A stretch of DNA of 64,000 nucleotides from Azolla caroliniana (GCA_043228905.1 JBHGNT010000002.1:13764001-13828000); one strand, 5' to 3'; positions 12,175 through 25,798 are shown, numbered from the stretch's first letter. The notes: generated by a model from the sequence alone, not told the origin. Numbers and translations: made by a program.

Positions 12175-13363
12175 TGTCGAAGCTTGTACACAAGACATAG
12201 CTAGCTCAATTGAACAACAATTTACAACTAGGTATACACATAGAATGGAGTAGAAAATATGTGAGAGAGAGATTGAGAGAGTAGACAAACAAACTCAATT
12301 CAAAATAATAACACTTTGTACATCATAATGTGCATAGTGAGCACTTTTTATATAACCCCCGACAATGGTCTTACACAAGTACTAGCAAGTACTTTAATTC
12401 TCATAAGTGAGCATCTTACAGTAATTACCTATTATACACCTATTACTAAAATAGGAATATAGGCCTCTAGTAGCCTGTCAGCTCCCAGGCGATCCAGTAT
12501 TTGACCTTTGCCCAATCCAACATGTTGCGATTGTCACTCCACACTCCCCCTCAAGCTCAACTTGAGGTCATTGTTCACCTTAGCTAGTCCTCTACTCCGG
12601 CTCCTTCTGTCAACTTGCCTCTTGGCTTGCGCTCCTCGACCCGTTTGGTCAGCTTGTCTGCTCCCAAGACCTTTGTTGGCCTTCTTCCTACCCTTACAGC
12701 TTCGACGGCCTCCGATCCGTCGGCTCTCCCACCTCTCCCCCCTTGGTATCATCTTTGGTTGCCCTTTTGTTCGATCGGTGTCCAAATCATCTCCATTATC
12801 CAAATCAGCTATCTCCAATTCGTCTTCTTCTTCTTGCTGCACCAAGTGATCATTGCACTCCCCGAGGAGAATGCATATTCCGATGTCGATCAGCCATCGT
12901 CGGCTTTTCCAGCCAAATTGGTATCCATGTAGCCGACTAATTGTTCGGTTGCACCAGTTTGATACAATAGCGCACTATCCTTCGTGCCACTAACATACCT
13001 CAATATTTGATGCAGTCGGGATAGGTGATCATGAGGTAGATAAGGATAAGGTAAATTGATTCATCACATTGATTAGATAGTTGAGGTCGGGATGGGTGAT
13101 TGTCATGTAGATAAGGCTTCCTACAATCTATAGGAACCGTGTCGCATCGCAAAACGAGGCCGACTCGTGGCAAATCTTGGCACTTCTGTTTAGATGAGTT
13201 GAGATAGAACGATAATCCAACATGTTGAATTTGAATGGCATATTCAACACATAATGTCTTCGGTTGTTCGGTATGTCGTCAAGGTTCGGATCACTTCGAT
13301 CACAACGAAATAATGAAGGTCCCCCAGATCCTTCGTCTCGAATACTATAGATAATTGTGACTG
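12175..13363 (-). mobile_element. Copia fragment N: 3' LTR (12175-12543), PPT and RT/RH remnant
   Basis: CTCCCCCTCAAGCTCAAC at 12544 is the same PPT motif as L/M; degenerate copia RT/RH motifs at 12860-13330. Confidence 0.75.
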
Positions 13364-13437
13364 TCACTTCGATCACAAGGAAACAATGAAGGTTTCGTAG
13401 AACCTTCGTCTTGAATACTACAGACAATTGTGACTGT
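13291..13437. repeat. Diverged 73-bp tandem duplication at a copia/gypsy junction
   Basis: TCACTTCGATCACAA...TTGTGACTG starts at 13291 and again at 13364. Confidence 0.7.
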
Positions 13438-13531
13438 CGCAGCCAATTGCAACAGTTTGGTTTATGCATTCTTCTTTCATATCCTGGATCACGTTCACCT
13501 TGGATGGCGAAGGCTTCTGGCCATATGCTCC

Positions 13532-14889
13532 TCACAAGTGACCTACCACCAAGATATCTGGTTGCCCGAATGCGGATTTTTCTCCTGAAAATGTCAAATT
13601 CACATCTTCGAGCCTTTGGAGCACCTTCTCGCAATCTTTAATATGATCCGCGACAAACTTTCTACACCCTTCCTTATCTTTCGATTCATCTTTCTCCTCA
13701 TCCGAACATCCTTTTATCGGAATATCATCTAAGAATGGCATTGTGATGTTCGAGATGCAATCCTTTAAGACCTTGTTCATGGCATTCACCATATGAGCCA
13801 CCAATTTCGTTGCACCTTGAGGCAAGGTACACATCTGCACGAGCCCGATCAGAGTCCTCATGGTTGTAATGTAACGATTGTCGATCGCCAATTGGAATTG
13901 GTTGTATTCAGAGTAGAGATCGCCAATGGAGTAGATGGACCGCCGCACAAATGCTTCGGCAAATTTGTCCACGCTCGGACCAATTCCAACATTCTGAATT
14001 GTGACCTTGTTGACAGGTTGAAGATCTTGGATGAATCGCAATGATCCATACTTCTTCGGCACCATGAACCACCTATTAGAATAAGGAGCATTCGACGATT
14101 CCAGAATCCCCATATTCACCTTCTCCTTTAAGAGCTCGATCACCTTCGGTAAATGTACTCTCGGAACCGGTATCAGTTTCAAATTCCAAGGCACATGTGG
14201 CACTGTGAAGATCACCATTGGCTCTATCGTCCTTGGATCAACACATCCGATTTCTTGTGGGAAAAATGTGAAAGCCTTCCCATGTCTCTCGAGCATGTCA
14301 CGAAACATTCGCTCTTCTTCAGGGAGGAGGAAATCCTCCCTTCCAACTCGTAGCTTTCCTTTCGTCTCTTTGGTGAAGACATGACCTATTGCCTTTGGAT
14401 CCCTTAAGCTTGGATCATTAGCGACTTTCTTCATCTTTTGCCAGCTATCTTTCGGTAGCGGAACCGCAACTGCCTTGATCTTCCTATCCACCGTTTTATA
14501 TTTTGTGTTGATGTCAGCTTCCTTCATCAAGATGCTTCGATGATATTCATCGATGATAGCATACATGTTGATCGAGTTAACTGAAATCACATGTCGATCG
14601 TGAAGATAGCTCAAGTCCACGACGTCCTCGATTTTGCCGATGGTGTTGTTAAATGAGGCTTCTTCCATAATATGAGTCACGAACTCTTCTTCTTCTATTA
14701 TGTTTTCTTCTTTCAGCATCTTCTCGAAAACTTGTATCCGATGCTTGTCCTTCTTGTCGGCTAGTACTAGTTTACATGCGCCACTAGGTGTGACACATGT
14801 TGCTTCTCCTTGCAATCCATGCGCTCTACCTTCTTGTGGGGACTTGTGATCACTCGGACTATTTCTGCCCCATGCTTCAATAGTCCGCT
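13532..14889 (-). pseudogene. Pol (RT) frame of element C
   Basis: APYSNRWFMVPKK, LRFIQDLQPVN, PFLDDIPIKG. Confidence 0.85.
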
Positions 14890-15537
14890 CTAAAAATCCG
14901 AGGATTCGCCTCCAAGACTATCTCGATTTCTTTCATGATTAGCTCGCACCATTAGGAATTGAACAAATCTTTGATTGTCAAAACTCTTGATTCGCGCAAA
15001 AGCTGCGCCATTATCGAACACCTTGGTCTCCATCCGGGATGATGTGATATATGGTTGACCTAGGATGACAGGATGAGAAGACAATTCTTGTACGAAGAAG
15101 TGTTGATCCATCTCCACATCCCCGATCGGGACTTTAACATTTGGACAAGCTCCGTACAAGTCTTCTGTCGCCTTTGTTGCCGCTCGAATCTTCCATCCGT
15201 GGTTTGTATTAATTGGCCATCTTCCTTTTTTGTAGAAGTCGGTTGACATGAGGTTGATCTCCGAGCCATGGTTGATCAAGGCTACCACGGTCTCTTTCTT
15301 CTCCCCGATCTTCACCGGCATCTCCATTGTCGCTCGTGCCCAATGAGGTCGAGTATAGTGGTTGTCCACCATATCCTCATCGACTTCATCTCTTGCCATC
15401 GTTATGGCATTCACTTTTGCTTTTAGTGGCTTCTCTTCGTCCTCGTCTGATTGTTGCCTCTTTCTCTTCACAAGGTCCACGATCGTGTCATGGAAGTCCT
15501 TCGTAATGCCGAGTAATTCCCTCAAGGATAGAGTCAC
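14890..15537 (-). pseudogene. Aspartic protease region ending the Gag-PR frame of element C
   Basis: ALINHGSEINLM (DHGS in B) and VILGQPY flap motif; ends GGESSDF*. Confidence 0.8.
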
Positions 15538-18500
15538 GTGACTATCAAGAACGCATTCCTTGAGAATTTTCTTCAGGTTTGTCGTTTGCTCTATGTCCGA
15601 CCTTAGCTTCTAGGTAGGCCTAGTTCTTGTCTTCCGAACGGAGTCATCGACACCAACCTTCATGGGCTGAACCGTTTATTCGACTCGTTTGCTTGACTCC
15701 CCTTTTCGGCTTGATTCTCGTTCCTCCATTTGTAAAGCTCGACTCGTTTTTGCATCTTCTTTCTTTTTCGCGTTCCTTGTTTCATGTCTTTTTTATGGGC
15801 CTTGCTCTTCTATTCTTTTTATCTTTTCTTCGACGAACACCTCGTGGTTGTCGCACATCACTTCCGCGAGTATGGTGTTGTCATCCACCGGATCCGACCA
15901 TCCGGTGATACTTTGTACACTTCGGTCTAAAAGCTCTACCTCGTTCGAAGTGACTTTTCCCTTCTTCTCATACTCGAGAACAGTAGACAAGAACTTTGCT
16001 CCCACTTTCGCAGCTTCAGTTTTGTCTTTCCCGACTCTTATTCCGGCCAACGCAGCATAGTGCATTGCATCCACATGAGTTTCCTCGGCATCTTCCATAG
16101 CTTTCTTCATTCCTCCTCTTCCAAAATTTACCTGTAGGGGTCTTCTAGTCTCACTCGAGCAGATCATGTTGCCATCCATGTATACAATATTTTGTCGAAT
16201 GGTGTCTCGAAGGCTCATGCAATCCCTTCTCATGTGGTCCATACTATCGCACCACACGCATTGTCGTGTTGTTACGCTCTCGCGTGTGGAATAAAGCGGG
16301 ACCACAGGGGCCCTGAACCAAGGAGCGTGAGAAAAGAAGAGGGAGCGTGACTCACAGAAACAAAGAGAGAGAGAGAGAGAGACGGGAATAGAAGATTCAA
16401 TTACGATGTCAACAACGATTACAACCGGCAAACCGGCAACAGACCCAAACGGAGGTCCCACGCGCACACACAGACTACACAGAGAACACACAGTGGAGCC
16501 TCTACTGGAAGCACACGGGCCTACGCGCAACATAGGCAACCGACATAGAAACGTAGTGGATGGCAATGATTGAGGAGGAGAGAGATCGGTCCCTAGTCCG
16601 ACATCACTTCATCCTTGCCAAAACGTGATCCCTATCTTCTTCTTCTCCCCTCCCTTTTATAGGTCGCCGAGCAGGCCGTTACATCCAAACACATCAACTT
16701 TATTCTCTGTCCTTTCGGACCGGGATACGCATCGATTCCGTAGACAATTAATACCCATCCTATTACATATGTACATCAGCCGATCTATTCCTAGCTATGT
16801 ACAATTCATAAACACACACACATGCGAAAAGGATTGGGTCACGCCTCCCCTCGATTCCTCCTAGGGGCGGTTTTCTCCACGACATCCACCCCCAGCAAAC
16901 CGCACGTCCACTAGTACGTGCCAGGTAGGAAGAACCCTAAATCACTCGTCGCTTTCCGAACCCTCGCCTTCCCCGATTCAGGCATCGCCGCCGCCATCGC
17001 TCATCGGGTCCGGTTCGTCCTTATGCTGCTTCTTGAACATCTTGACCCTCTTTCGAGCCACTGGTACCGCTATCCGCGTCCCATCGAGCTCCGCGAGATG
17101 ATACGTGCCGTTGTCATTAGCGCTTGTTACCGTGTAGGGCCCGAACCATCTCCTCGCAAACTTACGCACCGCCTTGTGCTGATTATCGAGGCTACTGTTG
17201 TACACCAACACCCAGTCGCCTTCCTCAATCTTCTTCAGTCTTAGCCGATGTGTTCGGTCGAATCGGCCTTTGTTCCTTTCACGCGCCGTACGGAGCCTCG
17301 CCATCACCTAGTCCACGTCCTCCGGTCGTCGCTCGAGCTGCTGAATCCACGCCACCAACAACTCTTCCCGGCTCATCTCGTCCTGCCAGTCCACAGCGAC
17401 CCACTAAGTGATCGTCCGTTCCACCGCATAATCGGTTTTTGCCCGTACATCAACTCCGCCGGCATGAACCCTGTCACCGAACTATGCGTATTCCGGTCCA
17501 CCCACAACGCGTAGGGTAGAAACCGCGGTCAATTCCCAACCTGCCCTTCACACGCTCGTACTAAAGCCTTCACGATTGGTCCGTGTCCATGTTCTACCTT
17601 CTCGTTCGCCTCCGGATTGTACGCCGTAGTGAGGGAGAGCTTGACCCCTAACCGGTCGAACATCTCCTCGGCTTCCTGCGCATCCAGCTCTCCCCAATCC
17701 GCCACGATTTTCCCCACGCATCCATACCGGCACACTACCTCTTCGATCAGGAACCGGCACACCGCCACAGTCGTCTTGTTCGTCAATGCGCAACCTTCCA
17801 CTTGGTTCGTTAAGTCTTCTCGCGCAAGCACCAGATACTGCATCTTCCCTCCGCCCATCTTCATCGTCACTAAGTCCACCATCCATTTGAAGTGGATGGT
17901 TGGCAGGTAGGTTGGGTGCAGCTCGTCTCGATGCCTGATCGTAGAGTGCATCTGATAGTTTTCAAACGTCGTCACGAATTGGTACACATCCCAGTACAAC
18001 CCCGGCCACCAATACTTCTCTTTCAGTTTATCGAACGTGGCCCAGGTCCCGCGGTGTCCGGCCCAAGGACTCTAGTGGTACGTTGTTAACAACTTGTCCT
18101 GCTCGTCCTTTCTCGCCACTACGCGGAGTGGAAAGCCACCTCGCTTCTTTGGGGGCCTCCATATGTTCCCGTCCCCTAGGAAGAACCGGTAAGCTTTCTT
18201 TCGAATCCGGTTAGCCTCTTCCCTCGTCCACGCTGCGTCTGGTGTCATTGACTTCAGGAACCTACCGATCTGGAGCCACTCCCCATCATACTCGCTTTCG
18301 TGAAATTTGTTAAGCACTAGAGGGCTCCTCTCCCTCGTTATGTATGCCGTCTCGAAGAAGTCTACGCCGACTTCCTCATCCTCCGAAACCATGCCATCCT
18401 CGTTGTCGAACCGTGCTCTCCAAAGCATGTCGGCCATGGCGTTGTCCATCCCGGAGATGTGTCGTACTCTAGATTTAGGGACTTGATGTATGCGATCCAC

Positions 18501-19623
18501 CTGAGAATTGCCAGGTCCAGAGTCGCGCATCCGGAAATCATACCGAGAATCGGTAAGTAGTCTGTCTCAATTATTACCTCCGTCCCTATAAGATAATCTT
18601 TATCGGCCTTAACCGCCGAAACGATACCCCATACTTCGCGCTTAACTTGGGCGTATCCTCGTTGTCGCTCACTAAGAACCTTCGTGCCGAACCGGACTGG
18701 GAACCGCGCGCCCCTCTCGTCCTCTTGATTGATCACCCATCCAATTCCGATCGGGCTTGTTTCAATGGTTACGTAGATGGGGACCTCCTTGCTATAGACC
18801 GCTTTCCTGAGAACCGGTGCTGCGGTAAGTGCCTCCTTCAGTCTCCGGACCGACTCTCTATGCTCCTTTCCCCATTCAAATTTGCCACCCTTCTTCAACA
18901 ACCTGTAAAGTGGTTTAACGACGTGTGCGTAGTGCAGAATCCAGATGTGGTAGAACGCACACACACCCAGGAACCTCCGCACCTCCGTAACCGACTTGCA
19001 CTCTTCCTTTATTAGAGAGATGGCCTCTATCTTTGCCGGAGACGGTTTCTAGCCATAGGGCCCGCATAAGTGACCGACCACTAGGATCTCCGATTGGCCG
19101 AACGCCGATTTCTCCCCGGAGAAGGTGAGTTGCGTGTCCTCTAGCCTTTGCAGCACCTTCTCGCATCCATTAATGTGGTCCGCGACGAACCTCTAGCATC
19201 CGTCCGGCCCAACCGCCTCATCCTTATCCTCCACTGGACATCCTTTGATTGGGATGTCGTCTAGGAATTCCATGGTGATGTCCGGGATGAAGTCCCTCAG
19301 CGCCTTGTTCATTGCATTCACCATGTGCGCCACCGAGTTCGTCCCTCCTTGCAGCAGGATACACATCTACACTAAGCCGAGAGGGGTTCGCATCGTCGTG
19401 ATATCCCTGCTCCCCACGGCTAGTTGGAACTAATCGTACCCTGAGTACAGATCATCGACCGAATAGATAGACCTTCCGGCGAAGGCTTCCGCGAACTCGT
19501 CTATTGTTGGTCTGATACCTGCATTACGAATGGTCACCCTATTGACCGGTTGCAGGTCTTGAATGAAGCGCAGTGTGCCGTTCTTCTTCGGCACGGTAAA
19601 CCACCGATTCAAATATGGGGCAC

Positions 19624-20716
19624 TGTCATGTGAATCTTCTCACACTATGTAAAAGAAAAAAAAAAAAAAAGTACTTTATATTAGTTTAATGGCATGTTGT
19701 AGAAAGATGGATGTTTGAGAAGATAGGGAAAGTAGAACTATGATTTATCCCACATAGATAGGAAACTTAAGGCTCTGGCTATATAAGCACCTTGAGATCC
19801 CTCATTTTTCATTTGTGCTAAGAAAACTTTGGCCACTTTGTCTTGATGGATGATAGTGGCCAAGTTCCCAAAAATCGGAAACCGGAACCGGACCGGTAAG
19901 CAAATCGGAACCGGGTTGATAAGCAAAACCGGAAACCGGTTCGTAACCAATACCGGTCGGTAAGCAATCCGGAATTGGCAGCGGAGCCGGTGAGGCAGCG
20001 GCAATCGGCGATCGGACGGAACTAGCGATCGGACGAGGCTGGACGCAAACCGAACGAATAACAAGATTATGTGGTTATTAAAGTAAAGTAAAGGGAACTA
20101 AAGTAAAGGTCATGTGGACGGTCGCATGCAACTAAAAGAAAAAGTCATGCAACTAAAAATAGATGCAACTAAAAGAAAAAGCTATGCAACTAAAAGTAGA
20201 GGCCATGCAACAAAAAGTGGACATGCTATGATCAACGGAGAACTCCATATATATTCCATTTTTTTCCTATACTTATACTCTCTCTCCATATTATTTTTCT
20301 TTTCCTTCTCAGCTCCCTTATCTTAGGGAAGCCATAACTCTCATAAACCCTAAATTCCCTACGGAAGCCAAAACACTCAAAAACCCTAATCTTCCCTACG
20401 GAAGCCATAATACTCATATAACCTAATCCTAATTTTCCCTACGAAAACCATAACACTAAAAAACCCTAATTTTCCCTACAGAAGCCATATCTCTCAAAAC
20501 CCCTAATTTTTCTTTTCTATTAATCTTAGTAAACCTAAAACTTCTAAATCCCAATCTTGGGACATATTGTAATTTCTTTTCCTTTGTTAATGAAAATGAT
20601 TAATCTTTCTCGTTTCTATTAATTGTTTAATATAAACATACGAATCCGATATCCTCTGGTCGGAGGCCCCGAGGTCCTGCCTCAAGTTCACGTATCCTCG
20701 TCGTATTTTCGCGACA
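19624..20716. mobile_element. Solo LTR (~1.09 kb) inserted in the RT of B
   Basis: TGTCATG...CGCGACA termini; splits LEPSS|APYxNRW of B; degenerate 4-bp TSD gcac/acgc; internal short repeats. Confidence 0.75.
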
Positions 20717-23494
20717 ACGCTCGACGGTTCGAGGATGCCCATCTCCACTTTCTGCTTCAGTAGCTCCATCAACTTCGGGATGTGAGCTCTGGGTACCGGA
20801 ATCGTCTTGAGATTCCACTGCACGTGCGGCACCGTGAATATCACCATCGGCTCCACGATTGTCGGGTCTACGCACCTGATCTCCTCCGGCGAGAATGCGA
20901 AGGCTTTCTCGTGCCTTCCGAGCATCCTCTGAAACCGGTCCTCCGAAACCGGCAATAGAAACCCACCCCCACCGACCTTGAGCTCCCGTAGCATTATGTC
21001 AGTGAATCGGTGCCCTATGCCGATCGGTTGACGTAAACTTGGGTTCAACGTGACCCCTTTTATCCGCTCTCCGCTGCCCTCCGGCAACGGTGTCGTGACT
21101 AGCCTCACCTTCCGGTCCACAATCTTGTACTTGGTATCCACGTAGGCCGTCCAACCGGACCCTACCTTTTCCCCGAAGTCAGCGATGACTTCATACATCT
21201 CCACTGAACTAACCGAAACTGCCCAGTCTTCACTAAGGCCTCCTTCGACAACCTCGTGTAATTCCCCCAAGGTGTCATCGGAGGAGACCGCCTCCACGGC
21301 ACTGCCAATCTCTTCGCTAGGGCCGAGGACTCCGTACGCCCTGAGTCTTTCTTCCGCCCGCTTCTTTTCCCGGCCACTGATGTCGGCTATAGTACAACCT
21401 CCATTATCGGAGAACCACAATTTCCAACCTATGGTACATGTGTGGGGTTCTTCCGAGGTGTCTGAACTATCGCGGCCCCACGCCTTGATTGCCCTCTCTA
21501 AAAATACCCTTGGCTCTCGTTGTCGAGGGTCTCATGGTTACACTTATGGTTCGGCCTCACCATCAAAAATTAAACGGAGCGTTGTCCGTCCTGGCTCCTC
21601 ACGTGCATGTACGCTGATCCGTTGTCAAGCACCTTCGTTCCCATCCGTGCCGCCGTAATGTATGGCTCGCCGAGTATCACCGGGTGTGAGGAGGTCTCCT
21701 GCACAAAGAAGTGTTGATCTATCTCAACGTCGCCGATCTTTACGCATACATTCGGGCAGGCACCATGCCGCTCCTCCGTAGCGTGTGTCACCATGCGTAT
21801 CTTCCACCCGTGCTTGGTGTTGATCGGCCACTTCCCCTTTTTGTCGAAGTCCATGGACATCAAGTTGATCTCCGAGCCATGGTCTACCAATGCTACCACC
21901 GGCTCCTGCACGTTCCCAACCCGGACAGGGGTCTCCGTTGTGGCTCTGGCCCAATGCGGCTTCGCATAGTAGTTGTCCGCCAACTCATCCTCTAGGGTCG
22001 TGTCTTCTAGGTGCGTCGTTCGCACCTCCACGGGCTTCTCCGACTCCAACTCCGTCGAGAGCCGCTTTCGCTTCACCAAGTCCACAATGGAGTCGTGGAA
22101 CTCCTTCTTGGCGATTCCGAGCACCTCCCTCAGCGACAACTCCACCTTGCTGTCGAGAATCCGCTCCTCGAAGACCTTCCGCAAGTCCGTCGACCTCGTA
22201 GTTCTAGCATGTGGCTTCCACGAGGCCAGTCTTTTCTTCAACCGGATCCTCCCATCCAGTGACCTCCCGGATCCGTTGTTCCGCGCGGTCTGCCTCCTCC
22301 TTCTTTAGTTGTACCCCGGAGAGGCCTTCCAGCACTAGCAGCCAAAATCTGGAGTCTTTCGCCTTCCAGCCCTCGTGGCCCCTGACCCGGATACCCGCCG
22401 ACGCGGAGTAGTGGACGGCCTCCGCATGTCATGCCGCGGCTTCTTCCATCAAGCGCTTCATCCCGCCTCGCCAGATGTTCAACTCTAGGGCTTTCTTCGT
22501 GTCACCGGCATGCACCCGCCCATTCCAGAGGTAACCACGTTGGCTCGGAGTGCCTCTGCGAAATCTACGCATTCTTTCCGGATGTGACCGACCGCGTTAC
22601 ACCACATGCATGTCTGCCCCGTCAGCGGCCTCCGGTCACGAGGTTGATTGTCGTTGTCCCTCCGTGCTTGTGCGATCTGAAGGTCGCACACCATTTGCGG
22701 CAGCTCTTCCAGAGCCGCTCCTCCAGAAGAGCCTTGGACCACTCCGCTTAAGACTAGGCCCGTTTCAAGCCAATTCCAAGTCTCTTCCTTCCTAGTCGGC
22801 ACCAATATCGGCTCCTCGAGCTTCCTCGTCGGGACCGGCCCCAATGCAGTCGAGCCCTCATCGCTCCACTCGCACCGCTTGTCAAAGCGAGCGCATGCCC
22901 CTTTGACCACAGCCCAGTCGGTCGTGAGGCCTTCATCCGTCTCCAATAGGAGACCCACCTTCTCCCGATCCAACGCGTGCACCGACTTGACGAACAGCAA
23001 GACCCTGCTCGTGTCGAGCACGGTCTGATCCAGCGCCGACAGCTGATCGAACCGTTGTTCGAATTCTTGGAGGAGCTCCGACGTGTTCCTCCCCTTCCTA
23101 GGGCTCTCAACCCAAGCCATGAAGTCCCGCTTCAACAGTCGAAGTGAATAGTCGTACCCGTACTTCTCGAGGAGACACCCCTCGAGCTCCACCCAAGCCT
23201 AGCATCCGGCCAGCACCTCGAGCACTTCCGTGTGGATGCTCGGCGTCACCACTTGAGGGAATTCTGACAGCCGCCTGTCCTCCAGGATCTCCCTCATGAT
23301 CATTTCGGCCCGATAGGAATCCAAATAGCTCGTGGCATTCTTCCCACCAAATTGGCTTATGGTGCCGACAATCGATTCTATGGCCCTATCAATGGTACTC
23401 GTTCCCTCACGAGCACTCACTAGCCGGTCGACGACTACTGCCATAGCTTCAGTGAGCTCGGATCCCCTCATCCTCAACTCCTTTACCGCCTTCT

Positions 23495-23512
23495 TTCACG
23501 TCGAGTTCACCA
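23495..23512 (-). promoter_or_regulatory. PBS, tRNA-Trp, element B
   Basis: TGGTGAACTCGACGTGAA, 5 nt from the 5' LTR; one mismatch to the recalled plant tRNA-Trp 3' end. Confidence 0.75.
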
Positions 23513-23622
23513 AATAATGTCGTGTTGTTACGCTCTCGCGTGTGGAATAAGGTGGGACCATGGGGGCCCTGAACCAAGGAGCGTGAGAAAAGAAGAGGGA
23601 GCGCAACTCACAGAAACACAGA

Positions 23623-23654
<32 letters not shown>

Positions 23655-24686
23655 CGGGAACAGAACATTCAATTACGATGTCAACAACGATTACAACCGG
23701 CAAACCGGCAACAGACCCAAACGGAGGTCCCACGCACACACACGGACTACACGGAGAACGCACAGTGGAGCCTCTATTGGAAGCACACGGGCCTACGCGC
23801 AACAGAGGCAACCGACACAGAAACGTAGTGGAGGGCAACGTTTGAGGAGGAGAGAGCTCGGTCCCTAGTCCGACAACACTTCATCCTCGCCAAAACGTGA
23901 TCCCTATCTTCTTCTTCTCCCCTCCCTTTTATAGGTCATCGAGGAGGCCGTTACATCCAAACACATCAACTTTATTCTCTGTCCTTTCAGACCAGGATAC
24001 GCATCGATTCCCTAGACAATTAATACCCTTCCTAGTACATATGTACATCAGCCAATCTATTCCTAACTATGTACAATTCATAAACACACACACGCGCGAA
24101 AAGGATTGGGTCACGCCTCCTCCCCTCGATTCCTCCTAGGGGCGGTTTTCTCCACGACAACGTCTAAAGGGTTCTTTTCCTTTGGGACCCCGATGATTCA
24201 TGTTGGCTAGCGTGACCATCTTGAACTTCTTTGCTAGTTCTTCGATGATGTCATCATCAATCTTCTTTTCTTCGGGGTTACTTTGTTTGGGCGGCTCAAC
24301 TACTTTTGGTTGTCTCGTTTTCTCCATGACAATCGATCCTGCCAAGTCGGTGTCATCAACCCAATGACGACGCTTGTCGAGCCTATTGCACGCTCGCTTC
24401 ACCGCAATCCAATCTGCTACAAGCCTGTTTGCTTGGGTATCATCTTCGAGAAGAGTCCCCAATTCTCGTCTATCCTTCATGTCCACAGCTTTCAGGAAGT
24501 ACAAAGTTTTTTCCTCCTCAAGCATCACTTGGTCCGTTGCAGGGAGACAACTGAACATCTGGTCGAACTCGTCATACACCCTCGAAGCGTTCAACCTCTT
24601 ATTCTTCTTTTCTATCCACTTCATCAAGTCATGTCGAGTCATCCTCGACAAATCTTCCATCTCGAACTCCTCTAATATCGCTTTCT

Positions 24687-25798
24687 CGAACCCGAACCAT
24701 GTTGTCTTCCCTTCTTGAAGCTCGACGATGCACCTTTGGACGTTGTTGGCGACTACTCTCTTGAAACTTGTAATTTGACACGTTTCAGACACGTCCCTTT
24801 GATTCATCTCCCTTTTGTATGCATCAAGGAACTTCGTAATGTTCCTTCCATCAAATTGACCCTCGAGATCCACGACATGGTCGACAACCTTCTCCACGCT
24901 TGCATCGTTGTCCTGAGATCTCATCATTTGTTCAACGATTAGCATCATCCTTTCGAACTCTCCCACTTGATTGCTTGAGGATGCCATCTCCAAGTATCAG
25001 TCGATCCTCAACTTGATCCTTCCTACCACCTCTTTCACGTCGGGTTCACCACTTAATTATGTGAGGGTGCAAGACATGCATGAGATGCATGTTTGCCATT
25101 TGGCGCTCATGTATTACATGTGATACATGATATCCATGTCACTCAATCAAGCTCTAACATGAAAGTTTACATGTGAAAGTATAATGATAGTAAAAACATT
25201 TCTAAAGATATGGCTTGGCTTAGTGATAAGTTCATTGCCCGAACCCGAACCCGAACCATGTTGTCTTCCCTTCTTGAAGCTCGACGATGCACCTTTGGAC
25301 GTTGTTGGCGACTACTCTCTTGAAACTTGTAATTTGACACGTTTCAGACACGTCCCTTTGATTCATCTCCCTTTTGTATGCATCAAGGAACTTCGTAATG
25401 TTCCTTCCATCAAATTGACCCTCGAGATCCACGACATGGTCGACAACCTTCTCCACGCTTGCATCGTTGTCCTGAGATCTCATCATTTGTTCAACGATTA
25501 GCATCATCCTTTCGAACTCTCCCACTTGATTGCTTGAGGATGCCATCTCCAAGTATCAGTCGATCCTCAACTTGATCCTTCCTACCACCTCTTTCACGTC
25601 GGGTTCACCACTTAATTATGTGAGGGTGCAAGACATGCATGAGATGCATGTTTGCCATTTGGCGCTCATGTATTACATGTGATACATGATATCCATGTCA
25701 CTCAATCAAGCTCTAACATGAAAGTTTACATGTGAAAGTATAATGATAGTAAAAACATTTCTAAAGATATGGCTTGGCTTAGTGATAAGTTCATTGCC
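24687..25798. repeat. 553-bp tandem duplication with a 6-nt CGAACC filler
   Basis: 24687-25239 matches 25246-25798 (offset 559) with no difference seen; duplicates the gag start, PBS and LTR end of C. Confidence 0.95.
25034..25051 (-). promoter_or_regulatory. PBS, tRNA-Trp, element C (duplicated at 25593-25610)
   Basis: TGGTGAACCCGACGTGAA, an 18-nt complement of the recalled tRNA-Trp 3' end TTCACGTCGGGTTCACCA. Confidence 0.8.

Larger units (their letters stand above)
16262..24159 (-). mobile_element. Gypsy element B, full-length but decayed, same clade as C
   Basis: LTRs 16262-16884 and 23518-24159 (TGTCGTG...CACGACA); gag 23477-22300, PR 21570-22241, RT/RH/IN to 16978 (RWFGPY); purine run next to the 3' LTR at 16885-16896. 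Confidence 0.92.

Noticed and set aside
15793-16566. 257-aa ORF as a novel gene
   Set aside because: Chimera of B LTR sequence and the C gag frame across the insertion junction; 46889-47479 and 36728-37123 are similar chimeras.
20120-20545. CRISPR-like array or interstitial telomere
   Set aside because: Units are degenerate, have no unique spacers or cas genes, are not tandem TTTAGGG, and lie within an LTR.
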